Assembly (NCBI RefSeq): GCF_000143415.4
Contig: NW_003314277.1
Span: 1,330,493-1,394,492 of the forward strand
Length of the DNA stretch: 64,000 bases
Direction of reading: 5' to 3'
DNA from: Selaginella moellendorffii
Taxonomy: Eukaryota > Plantae > Lycopodiophyta
Part shown: piece by piece, positions 37,480-50,939 of the stretch
Numbering within the stretch: position 1 is the first letter of the stretch
Layout of the letters: each line of letters starts with the position of its first letter
Notes under the pieces: generated by a model
What the model saw: only the letters and a program-made list of their open reading frames with translations
What the model was told of the DNA's origin: nothing
Databases searched by the model: none
Position numbers and translations under genes: made by a program

Positions 37480-38365
37480 TATACTTGCTCTTTATGGTCC
37501 TGGAAGAACCTGAAGATGATCACATCTCTGCACTTTCTCACTCCAAGCTGGATGCTGCTGTTGCTTACTAAGAAAGCTCATGGTCAAAGATGTTGGACGT
37601 CTTGCCACCACCTCCAAAGTCATCAAACTCAGAGAATTCATAGGTAAGTTTATCTCTGGTGTGTTCTACCAGGTTTTATTTGGACTTGATCAGCCTGATT
37701 GAGAAGCAGACCCTGAGCATTAATGTCGGGAAGTTCATACCGCCACTTGATTGTCTTGATCTCCATGGAGTGAACCGGAGAATAAGGGACGATCTGATAC
37801 CAAAGTTGCAAACTCGAGATTGAATCCTCGGGCCAGGAAATGATTCCCAAGGACTGGACGGATGTGCTTCTGTCTCTGCAAGACGCTGCTGATAATAATC
37901 TCTCAGACACGGCCCTGCTCACTGTAAGTAAACGCAAAGTTCTTGATCTGGTTGCAGCTGAATTGACAACATGAAGGGAGCTGTACTGGGCGATGGCAGT
38001 CATGCAAAAACCGCATGAAGAAATCCAAGACGCAATTGGGACCAAGCGCCTCCCCCGGCTTGCCTTACATGCACGCAATCCTGAAAGAGGCATTAGCCAG
38101 CTACACGGTTCCTTGGAAAGCGTTTAGGACGAAAGTCTTCTGGGTTAGGCCAATGTTTTTTATCTCTTCCAATTGCCAGATGTTGATTCGGGAGATGATC
38201 CCATTCTCTGCTGGATGCAGGATGTGCCCGGGGCATCCAGTTGCTGTTCGTTTCATCCCCTTCGCAGTTTTGCAAGCCCAGCCTTCCACCGGATCAAAAC
38301 TCGGTGGGCCTGACAGAGAAACAAGCAAGCTGGCTTCAGAGCTAACTTTGCAACTCCCCGGCTGA
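37480..38365 (+). pseudogene. Cytochrome P450 fragment (copy C)
   Basis: GLPYMHAILKEAL and IPFSAGCRMCPG; near-identical to copy A. Confidence 0.8.
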
Positions 38366-38512
38366 GCTGCAAATCACTGTATGAATGAGGGTGAAAACTG
38401 GCAATTCGCAAAATAGGAAGCATTATGCACTTACATGAACTCATTGAAAATCTGATGAAAACAAGTTTTCCTAGTCCCATCGAACAAGTTTAAGTTGGCA
38501 TCCAGGAAACAT

Positions 38513-39713
38513 TCAAACGTCTGTGTAGCAAGACCTGTAGCACGGTTTCGACGTGAAGGCCGAGAAGCATCCCTTGAGGCATGTCCTCGGAGCTCGAAAC
38601 CTCCTGGGCCGATTTGCTCTGTTCCTGGTCCGCATGAAATGGTTCCAGTCCTCTTGGACGAGCTGCAAATCCGCAAGCTTGGAGCGGAGGCCCTGGCAGC
38701 AGTTGGCATGAATGGTGCAAACTCTTTCCATGCCGCTGGCTGGCTCGCAAAACCCACTGAACACCTCCGTTGGCATGAACCGGATCTTGGCTCCTATGGC
38801 CTGGAACTCTGCGTGGAGCTTGATCCTGTCGAAGACTTCCTGGTCGTGGATGTGGTAGTAGAACTTAGCGTGCCTGTCCCAGTACTTGAAGAGCTCGATC
38901 GTCCGGTTATTGGATCTCACGTGCATCAACCCCGTGTTGTCCAGGTTGTGAATGTCCGTCTCGTTGCCATTGAAAAAATCGCAAGCCAGCTCCATGTCTG
39001 CTTCCGGAGAGAAATTCGAGAAGGGATTTCGCAGCCACAAGACGTCTGCATCCTGGAGACGATTCCTGGAGAAGAAGTTAGTACAGGAAGGCAAGGAGAA
39101 AGTGGTCCAAAGTTTTACCGAGAAGATGAAGTTGTATCCCATCTGTAGAAGAATGCTCAGGAACGATATTTTCTTCCTTGTCATTTTCAAGTAGTCCCGG
39201 GTCATGTACGGCTTCTCTGCTGAAAAGTCCACGCCATTGCTCTCGAGGAGGATGCAGTGCGGATGAGCTTCCAGGCATTTCTTGTGCGCAGATGGATCCA
39301 ACGTGAAGATCAGCAGCGTCGGAAGAAGGCGGATCGTATCGTCACCGTCTTGGAAGCTAGCCAGGAAGTAGGATAGCAGTTTTGATGCCCAAGCCTTATT
39401 CAAAGGAGTCACGATGACAGTCTTGTTAAAAGCAGCTTCCTTCAGCACAGTTTGAAGATTGCGAAACTCGTCCGCGGTCTGAAAAAATAAAAAAAAGGAA
39501 AGAAAGAAAACAGCAATCAGTCGAATAGAAGAGGATTTAACTTACCAAGCTGTTGATGCTATCAGCGGCAATCCAGGGTAACAGTAGCATCCGAAAGGCC
39601 GCACTCGTAGGCCAGCTGCCTGTTGTACCACTGTGGCTCCAGAGAGAAGTCAAGTTGTAGACGCCGAAAATATAGAACAGAACAAGCAAGCCCGGTCTGC
39701 TACGGCACCTCAT
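38513..39713 (-). CDS. Nucleotide-diphospho-sugar transferase (GT77-like, DxD motif), apparently intact, 3 exons
   Basis: ATG at 39713, hydrophobic N-terminus, intron 39545-39479 and an in-frame ~66-nt intron; GYNFIFS|DADVLWLRNPF, HDQEVF, HANCC. Confidence 0.85.
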
Positions 39714-39966
39714 CACTGGAAAAAGAAAAAGAAAACACGAAACGGTTGTAACTTGAGGAAATCACAGCCATTGATCCGGGTAACGAAAATGCTTTCCCCC
39801 CCATCTTATTTAGCTCGTGTGCATTCGCTCTGAGACAGCCACTCAAACCTTCCTCAGCAAAAATTGGCTTGAATGGAAACGTTACCGTCTCCTTACCCAT
39901 CACCGCGGTTTTGTACAGTATGCTGCTCCATATACTACTAACACTGCTATATTACTGCGCTCGAGC

Positions 39967-41938
39967 TTAAGTAGGAAGCAAAGGTTGTCTGTCATCCAGT
40001 ATACCGACTTTAAGGTTTGCCTGTTAGCACCGGATGTAAGTATACATAGCAAATAATATTGAAGTTCATACCTGTTCACCAGCACCAGCAGTCATATTGA
40101 TAAACGCGTCATCCTTGGGCCTAAAGGAAAAAAGTTAGAATGCACAAATGGAGGTCAAATATAAAGGTTACCTCGTGTAAGTGTTATGCTTGTCAACGAA
40201 CGTGTCCATTTGATTGTCAAGCTTTTCGTCCTTCGTTTTGCTTAGTGCCGAGAAGAACTGTTACATTATTATGTTAGCAGAGTATTTGCAATAGAGCTAC
40301 GAGAATACCTGGTGCATAGAAATTATAACAATTGATACTCCTAAGACAAAGTTGATTGTCAGTTTGTGCCCGAATAAGGCGGCAGAAGCCAAAGCCGTAA
40401 AGATTGTTGCAACAGTAGAAGAGTACTTTTTCAAGATTGCATCTGGAAAAACGCACCTATAGAAACGCCACATCAAAAGTTCAAGACTTACCAGCATATT
40501 TTAAAAAGAAGCAAGAGAGTATTCCTTGCGCTGCGTTGTTGAAGATTAGAAACATTGTTGCCCGAGAGTGGCCCTTGAAAAGATTAAGCCCATTCCCAGC
40601 TGACGAAGCGCATATGGATTAAGAAAAAGAAAAAACAGATAGAAAGTAAAGGCCATACCACTAAAATCAGCAGTAACCAGAATCGCTAGAAAGTTGAACA
40701 TCGCTCCATAACTGTAAAGAAACAGGTTCTGCAAAAAGAAACAGAGAGAAAAACATTTACAAAAACTACGTGTAGCACACGCACCTGAAGATGAACACTT
40801 GTCTCGAACTGACTCTTAAGGGCGTATTCATTGAACACGGACGCCATGGATGGCACAGTGACCTGTAACGGAGATCGTAGATTTAGCAAACAGCACAGCA
40901 TGCATAGAAAATCTGACTTACAAAAATCAAGGTGTATACATATGCAATGGATTGAAGCGGAACGACGACCGTTGTCCCAGTTGGCGTCGTATGCAGCTGA
41001 TTCACACTGATACCAATCAGTAGCAAAGCAAGTGCCTCCCACTGCTTCCACAAGTTAGAACACATGAAGAGCAAAATGCACGAAGTTTCACCTGTAAAAC
41101 TGAAAACCGGCGTCTCATGATCACTTTGAGAAGCAAGGCAATCATCAGCACCTACAATAAAATACTCATCACAAGAACAATAAGAAGAAAGAAACAACAT
41201 GTCTCTAACCTTAAGGTTACTCAGCATCTTCACAGTCGCTGGATTAAAATAGAGCTGCAAGAAAAAATCAGAACATAGTAGGCACTTGACAGAAAAAAGA
41301 AACGAAGAAACCACGCGAAGTTACCTGCATTGCGAACTTGAGGTAGTTGTTAACTGCGTAGAGGGCTGCTGGAAGTGCAAGCAAACGATTTGCACGGGCA
41401 GCCTGGGAGCAAATGCATAGAGTGAGTTTCAATCAAAGAGGATAGAAGACGAATTAAAAACCTGGAAAATTACTCGAGGACTCAGGAGCGATCTCTCGCC
41501 AGCTCTTTGCTTGCGTGCCTGAAAGTACTCTTCAATACAGAGAAGAAGAGAACCCCGGGCGTTTCTCACCTGGAAAACGAGCATACAAATCGCGAAGACC
41601 ACCTTGGTCATTTCCGTGAGGAAATTCACGCTAATCGGGCTAAACAAAAACTTCCCATCTACTTTGGACATGTACACTAGGATCGGCTGCAAAGAACACC
41701 AGATCAAACGACATAGATCAAATTCTACCCCACAAAAGAATGATGGAGAATTTCTTACCTGTAGCGCAATGAGCATACAATCAAACGCTACAAGAAGAAT
41801 GCTGAGGCCCCGGAACCGCGACGCCTGGTCAGAGTGATGCCGGTCATACGCCTTTGAGATCGAGCGAACCGTAGGCGAGGCATTCCCCAGCTTGCCGCCG
41901 CAGCGATGACACTCGAGCATTCCGTTCTTCGTCATCAT
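39967..41938 (-). CDS. Nucleotide-sugar transporter (CMP-sialic acid transporter-like, UTR6/CSTLP type), multi-exon
   Basis: [65 protein letters not shown]; ends DRQPLLPT*. Confidence 0.9.
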
Positions 41939-42145
41939 CCGGAGCAGGATCTAGCAGATCCTAGCGCAATCCAGCATCGCGTCGAGCTACCCCGGCGAAA
42001 TTGAGCTCTCAGATCTGGAGCTCCTCGTTACCAAAAACCCTAGAACGCCTATTAATCTAGGGCATCAAATTTGCGACGAATATACTGTTCATAAATAAGA
42101 GCCAATCATATGCGGCCACGTGCCATTTAACATTGAGTTTGTTTG

Positions 42146-43801
42146 TCAGAGCTGTGCTCGATGCGCGCGTCTTAGTCTCCTGTGAAATCCAAAGAGCTCC
42201 GCCGAAGAAGAAGACGATGACGATCTTAGCTCGTCCTCCTGGAGCCTCTCCGCGACGATCCTATCGAGTTCTTCCTGCTGCCTTCGCGATTCTAAATCGA
42301 TGGGAGTGGCGCTGGAGCTGCGATCGCTGCTGCGCCGGGAAGGAGCTCTAAATGGTGCTGCCACCCTCCTAAAGTTTCCAATCGGCCGGCTTCTATCGAC
42401 CGAAACTTGGCGAGAATTTTGGTTGCTTCGCTGCGCTCGGGAAGTTCTTTCATCTTCTTCTTCCCTCTTGGCTTGTGATCTCTTGGCTGTCTCGTCCGGG
42501 AACAAGATCTGGATCGTGTTCCACAAGACGACGTTGATCGCTCCTTGCTCTCTGCATTAAAGCTTTTTTCTCTTTTCACAGAAAACAAAGGAGCTGCTTA
42601 CTTTATAGCTTGCCGACACTTTGGACAGCGCAAGCCACACTTGCTGACCGCGGACTGTAAGCAACTCCGGCAGAAACTGGAATTTGTGACAGAAGAGTGA
42701 TCGAATCTTTAGAGTTTCTGAAAGAAAACAATAGCTACCTGTGACCACAGGAAGTTGTCGATGGCTTAAAACATACATCCAAACAAACCTGTGAAAGCTC
42801 AAAGAAACTTAGCGTGTAGCATGAAGGAGGATGTAAGAACCACTTACGGCACAAGAGAGCTCGTCTCTAAGCTGGTCCAGACAAGCTGGTCTAGCCGCTC
42901 CACCTTGTTCCTTGTCTTTGTCGCCTTGGTCTAACATCAGAGAAAAAGTAGAAGAAAATTTAGAACCAGAACAGCAACCTGCGATGTTGTACCTGATTTA
43001 TCAGTGCCAATCTCGTTCTTGACACTTTCCTTCTCTTGTGAAGCTAAAGAAGACCAACAAGATCATTTTGTAAGCAAATAAAGCGTAAGAACTTACTTCC
43101 GGATCTTCCATCCTGTCCGACTCTGTCGATTTTCTTTTGCAAGTTGCCCACTCGAGCACCATCTGATAGAAATAAAAAAATTCTAACCAAACCAAGCCCA
43201 AGAACTTACTTCCATCCTCCCCGACTCTATCGATTTTCTTTTGCAAGTTCCTCACTAGAGCACCATCTGATACAAAAAAAAAAGAGTGTGTAGAACACGA
43301 AGGAAAAAAAAAACCGAGAAAAACTCGAAGTACCTCCACCATCATGTATCGTAAGTCTCTCTAAATTCACATCCGAGCTATCAATCGGTCGGCGAGGCTT
43401 CCTGTGCCTAGAAACATGCCAAAAGAAAAGAAAGGAGATCAACTAAAGAGAAGAAACGAAACTTACACTCGATTCAAACTGGCTGGAGTAGTTGCTTGTC
43501 CGGGGGTTCTCACATCCCTCTTTCGATCTCCTCTCTCGCCGCTGCTCTTGTCTGGCGTCGCCGCCGCCTCGCAATCCCACACCGCCAGCAGGGCCTCGTC
43601 GTCCCATCCCGCCATCGCCGCGGCATTTCTAAACCCTGGACTCAGATCCACAGCCTGCGAGACAGATCCTTTCTCTCCCTGCTGTTGCCGGATCGAGTAA
43701 CTTCCCTCGCGCACCTGGATTTCTTCTTCGTCAGACGAATCGATGATGACGATCACAGCGCCACCGCCGTCGCCGCCGCCTCCTTCCCCCAAAGAACCCA
43801 T
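42146..43801 (-). CDS. RING-finger (C3HC4-type) protein, probable E3 ligase, multi-exon
   Basis: AAAMAGWDDEALL N-terminal motif; LRDELSC, PSTTSCGH, KCGLRCPKCRQ and LWNTIQILFP in successive exons. Confidence 0.75.
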
Positions 43802-43840
43802 TTCACAAGTGATAGAATATACCCTAAAGAGATTCGCATA

Positions 43841-45775
<1,935 letters not shown>

Positions 45776-45865
45776 CGCTTAAACCCTAAAACCTATCACA
45801 GGATATTCCCGCCCAAGGAATATTCCTCTGGGATATAGCGCCTAGTTTCACAAGGCTGGGATTTG

Positions 45866-47795
45866 ATGGCCGCCATAGCCCAACTCTCGCTGAGTAGCGC
45901 CGCCCTATCCTCGCATTCCTCGCGCGATTTCGAGTTCTCCAAGAATGCACCTAGGAGGAAAGATTTTGGCAGCGGCAGGAGGGATTTCGCGGCGGATCAA
46001 TCGCGCCGCGCAGCGCCGCCGCCAATCGGCGCCGCCAAGAGGAAGTGGAAGGATCCATTCCTCTTCAACGAGGAGGATCCCGACCTGGTCTGGGGGAATT
46101 TGTTCACGGAGGGCGGGAGGCAGCCGGAGCAGGAGTACATCCCGCCGCTGGATCCCAAATCCAAGTCGGGGTTTCGCAAGGTTCCAAAGGGCTACACGGC
46201 GGAGATCCGGCCCCTGGCGGCCAAGGTGAGAGACGAGGTGCGCAAATGCCTGTGCCTGGTGGCGGGGGGAGTGTATGAAAATTTGCTCTTCTTCCCAGTG
46301 ATCGAGCTGCTCAAGGATAGATATCCAGGCGTGGAGATTGACGTGATCGCGAGCGAGAGAGGCAAGCAAGTGTACGAGATGAACAAGAATGTGTCGAGAG
46401 CTTGGGTGTTTGACATCGATCAGCAGTTCATCAAGCCTGCGCTCTACATGGAAATGCTCACGATGGTTAAGGTCTGTAGGAAATCTTTCACTATTTTCTC
46501 TGGGTGGCCTTGCGCTCTAGGTAGCCTTTTATCTTTTTGTCATGCATTTACGTGATCGTCTTTGTGACCTTTCGATACTTCTTTGTTCTAAAGTTTTGTT
46601 TACTACGTGACTTTGTGAAAGTTTCATGGTTTTTTGCTGCAAGTCTTCGATGTGTTCTTTGATTGAGTTTTGATATTTCAGGTTTGATGCTGTACGAAAT
46701 AATCGTTTGATCTTTGCAGAACGAGTACTACGATATGATCGTCTCTACGAAACTGGCAGGCATTGGCCACGCCTTGTTTATGTGGCTCACAGACTGCACT
46801 AAAAACATTGGTTACATATATCCCGACGTGAACGGCGCTGGAGCTGGACCATTCTTATACGCCGCAGTGGATGCTCCAAGGTTGAATCTAGCAGAAGGTG
46901 GTTATCATATGTAAGTTTTCAGAGTCACAGTTTTTACAGTTCTACGACCAAGGATTAGCCTAAAGTTTTTGATGCAGGTATCATGAACTTAATGAAGAGC
47001 TTGGGAAGCCCGCCAAAGGCATTCCCAGAATTTATCCTCCTCAATTGACCGTCGGAATATCTTCCAGGCTGAGAGGAGTCATTCTCAAGAAATGGACAGA
47101 GGCATCGCTCCGGAGAGGGGAGTTTATTGTCATCCACGGCATAGAGTCAGATTCTGCCGCAACTATGAAGTCGAGAGGGGATTCAGACTCCTTGCTGCCA
47201 TTGTCAAAGTGGAGCTTGATAGCAAAATCGTTGAGGTACGTCGTTCTCTATTATATCGCCAAGTTCTGATTTCCTGGGAGCTTTTAGCAGTAAAGTTCCT
47301 GTGTTCGTTATCCCGCACGAAAAGGAGAGGTCCAAAGTTCAAGAAGTGATCGGTCCCGATGCTCACATCATTTTCATCACCACTCCTGGCCAGGTTTTCC
47401 CAAATTTGCGTACTGTCTTTCTTGGTTTCCTAATATTGAAGGCCTTTCGCTTTTTTCTTCAGATTGCAGCACTTATAAATGATTCATTTGGAGTGATCAC
47501 AACCAACACTGCTGCTGTGCAACTAGCAATATCTGTTAAGAAGCCAACGTAAGTGATGGAACGTTGTGGTGCTTGCTAGACTTGCTAAAGACTGTAATTG
47601 TGCTGCAGTGTTGCACTGTTTTCTTCGGATGAGAAGGCTAAGCTGTTTGTTCCCAATCATGCAACTTCTTGTGACTGCATAGCTTCAGATACTGGTAAGC
47701 TTCTAGATGTGAGCATGGAAAAGGTTAAGAATGCTATAAACAAGATGGTTAGTATACGTGAAAGAAAAGAAGACCTTGTAAAAACTGTAATATAA
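45866..47795 (+). CDS. PnsB1: Photosynthetic NDH subcomplex B subunit 1 (NDF1/NDH48), chloroplast-targeted, multi-exon
   Basis: Transit-peptide-like N-terminus; GGVYENLLFFPVIELLKDRYPGV, YIYPDVNGAGAG, FIVIHGIESDSAATMKSRGDSDSLLP, IIFITTPGQ. Confidence 0.9.
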
Positions 47796-48053
47796 AGATC
47801 TCTACACCTATATAGTTTTACTTTAGTATATAAAATTTGGAGTTGGAAAATACATATATACATTGGCTACTTGTAAGATTGATTGTAGGCTGATTGTGCT
47901 CGCGGAGGGACTAGAGAGCAAGGAGACATCACTGAATCATTCAGAGTAACTTCGGGGGTGCTTCGACAGTGCAGGCATCGGTTTCGTTGCAACCGTAGTG
48001 CACGGTGCTGCCAAAGACGAGAAGAGCGATGATCTCTAAATTTTGTGAACCCT

Positions 48054-48972
48054 TTATTTACTAGAAAAGAAACGTCCCAGTCCCTTACTCTTACGGTCTG
48101 ATAATCCTGGGGACTGGACGCAAAGAGCCATCAGCTCTGTCCATAGGATCGTGGAAGAACTCCCAGGGGCCATAGCGATCAAAGGCCTCCAAAACGCTCT
48201 CCTGGATCCACCGTCATGTTCCAATACGTTCTCCTCGCCTGCCGCCATTCTCTCTGGGTGATGGCCAGTCCTCACCGGTCAGCTTAACCTTGTACACACA
48301 CACAAGGAGGAGAGATGACAAACTTTCACGGAGAAATTGCAAGCTTTAACGCACCTCGGGTGGGTCTTGAGCTCTCCCGCAAAGACATGCTTTGGATCGG
48401 TAGGGGGAATGGAGCTGCAACCCTTATTGCAGTGGCCGGGCAGTCCACACCTCTCGCACTCTCGCGTGTCCCAGCTCCAAGAGTCCCTCCCTGGCTTCGC
48501 TTCAAACACGTCTATCATAGCCCGTGTCCGGCAAGGGCTTGCCGTTCATCTTCTCAATGGCCTTGCGCTGCTAAAGGTAGGGGAAACATGGATCAGATCC
48601 GGCAGCGCTAACGTCCATCTCGTCGAATCCATGGCAAATTCTAGCGGCGGCAGCCGTGGCGCCTGCATTTCTGGAATGTAAGTGGATTTTGGGGGGATTT
48701 GTTGCTCCTTCTTTCTTTAGTCTTCTAGCCGATTGGGAAGTTTTTCTCGTCACGCATGATCTAATTAATTGCGAAAAGAAGAGCAAAACGGGCTATGAAT
48801 CTTGTGTATTTACCTTGGCGCTGGTGATATCTCCAAACCGGATGAATCCATCCAGGTCTCGTTGATCGGCATACCAGGGCAAGCCGCCCACAACGCAAGT
48901 GAAGCCGCCCATGAGTATGCTTTGCAATGCTTTGTCGCTAACCACAGTGAAAATATCGAACACGCTTTCCAT
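48054..48972 (-). pseudogene. Degenerate RRM + CCHC zinc-knuckle RNA-binding (RZ-1-like) pseudogene
   Basis: CVVGGLPWYADQRDLDGFIRFGDITSAK (RNP2-like), AIEKMNGK, ECERCGLPGHCNKGC; frameshifts and stops; second RRM-like relic (EAFDRYG, RKSKGLG). Confidence 0.5.
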
Positions 48973-50939
48973 GTTCGCATAGACTTTTGCTTTGGAACTC
49001 AAACAAACACAAAGAATTTTCAGAACAAGAAAAAGAGCTCTCCTACGCAGAGAGAATTGCCTGAGCAAGTTTCTTAGAAAAGATGGAGTTTTCGATAGAT
49101 ACCTGTGCTTTGTATTTGTCTCGGCAATTTTGTGGCTGCGACCAGGATCTAGGCTGCGAGGTCGGGCATCGAGGACGGCCTCTGAGCTAATTTGTGGGCC
49201 GCAAACTCCTTAAGCGTCAGCTGTCGCGTTTGTGCTTGCCAGGCGCTGCTCCACGGCTGCGTATTGCTGCTGGAGCATCACAAACTTGCCGTGTCTCCAT
49301 TCGATGCTGGCAGTCGGCTTGGATTATGCTGAAAAGATCTTTAGATCTTCGAAGAACAAAAAAGTTAGAAAAGAACCTCAGCGTCTGTTACACGTTGCAC
49401 ATCTCATTCCTTTGTCAAATCTGCTTCAGTTCTGCAATACCCACAGCTAGTAGCTTCGTCATGCAAGAAAAGCAGAATCAATATTTTCTTGTTAGGAAAT
49501 AAGAGCAACTCACCTTTGAAAATAGGTGCTCAGCAACGCCAAACTGTATTGATATATAAATCTCTCACAGAAACAATGTTGGACATAAAAGCATCCGACT
49601 GAGCAATAAACCTCTTGTGCATTTGATACATAACTCTCTCACAAAAACAATGTTTAATATAAAAAAAATTTAATTGAAGTTTATAACTCTGTAACCAATA
49701 GAGTTCAACTTTATATAACAATATCAATTTGCTTGTTCACATTTAAAAATAGATGTTTAGCACATAAGAGAACATTCTGGAACAAATATGAAAAATAAAA
49801 TCAAATAAACACCACCATAATTATTAATGCTACTAATATATTTCTTAGACATGATTAATGTTACTAATATAAATAAAAGATTCAATGTTACTTAGTTCAG
49901 TAGGAATAATTTAGAAAAGCCATATAGTCGTCATGAGAAGCCCACTATAAATGGAAATCATTTAGATAAATTTATAATTTTTTCTATCTTATTTGCATAA
50001 ATTGACATTTGTCTTTTATCATTCGGGTCATCACGAGTAACACATACAAGCTGATGATAGTGGGGACGCCACAAAACTTGACTGCAATTAATGTGAAAAG
50101 GATTATAAAAATTAATTTGAATTTGACTTTTAGGAGTAAGTTTTTATATTGTGTGACTTTCAAGCGCTGAAAAATTTACTCTCTGTAATATATATTCAGC
50201 ATAGTGTCTTTTAAAATTCCCACGTTGGGCTATTGTTTCAGTGTTGCTTTGTCGAGTTGGGTTGCTACATGCAATTCTGGTAGCAAAGTCTGAATGCAAC
50301 TTTCGTATATATATAAAAAATTTAAATACATTTCTAATTAATTTATTTAATTTATAAAGATATCTTTGGTGTAATGATTTATGAGTTTTGATGAAGAACT
50401 AGTTGGCTAAAAGGTGACTAATAATGTGTATTGTGTTGGTTTGTAGTATTCACAAATGATTAACATAAATATGTTTGATTTCTTATGGGTTTATTGATTT
50501 GTTATAACCAGCAATTTTCGGAATATTCTTCAGACCTTTTCTTCCCAAGAACCCTAAATTTCGGAATGTTTACTTCCTCTTCTAAAATTTGAATGGAGGT
50601 ATATGCAGAGAAAGATGCGTGGGCTCCGAGATTTGAATTTTGAATTACTGGCTAATCCCTGGGCGGGGAATATTCTCGGCTATTTGTCTAGGGTAAGAGC
50701 GGAGAGAGGAATGCTTGATGCGGCAAAGCGGTTGGAATCGGGTTTGGAGGTCCGTGAAATCTCGGCCTAGAGGTCGCGCGGCACTGGAATCGCGGCGGCG
50801 GAGCTCGGATCTCTCGCTCCAGGGGTTAGGGCACTAGAAGAAGCAGGCATGGCAGCTGAGGTCTTTGTGAGGAAAAAGACGCGGTGAGGAAGCTGGATCG
50901 AACGGCCGCCAGCATTTTTCGCCCGCTGCGCTGCGATCC

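Noticed and set aside
49080-50800. Short ORFs and an AT-rich region upstream of ARIA
   Set aside because: No recognisable domain; treated as intergenic or decayed sequence.
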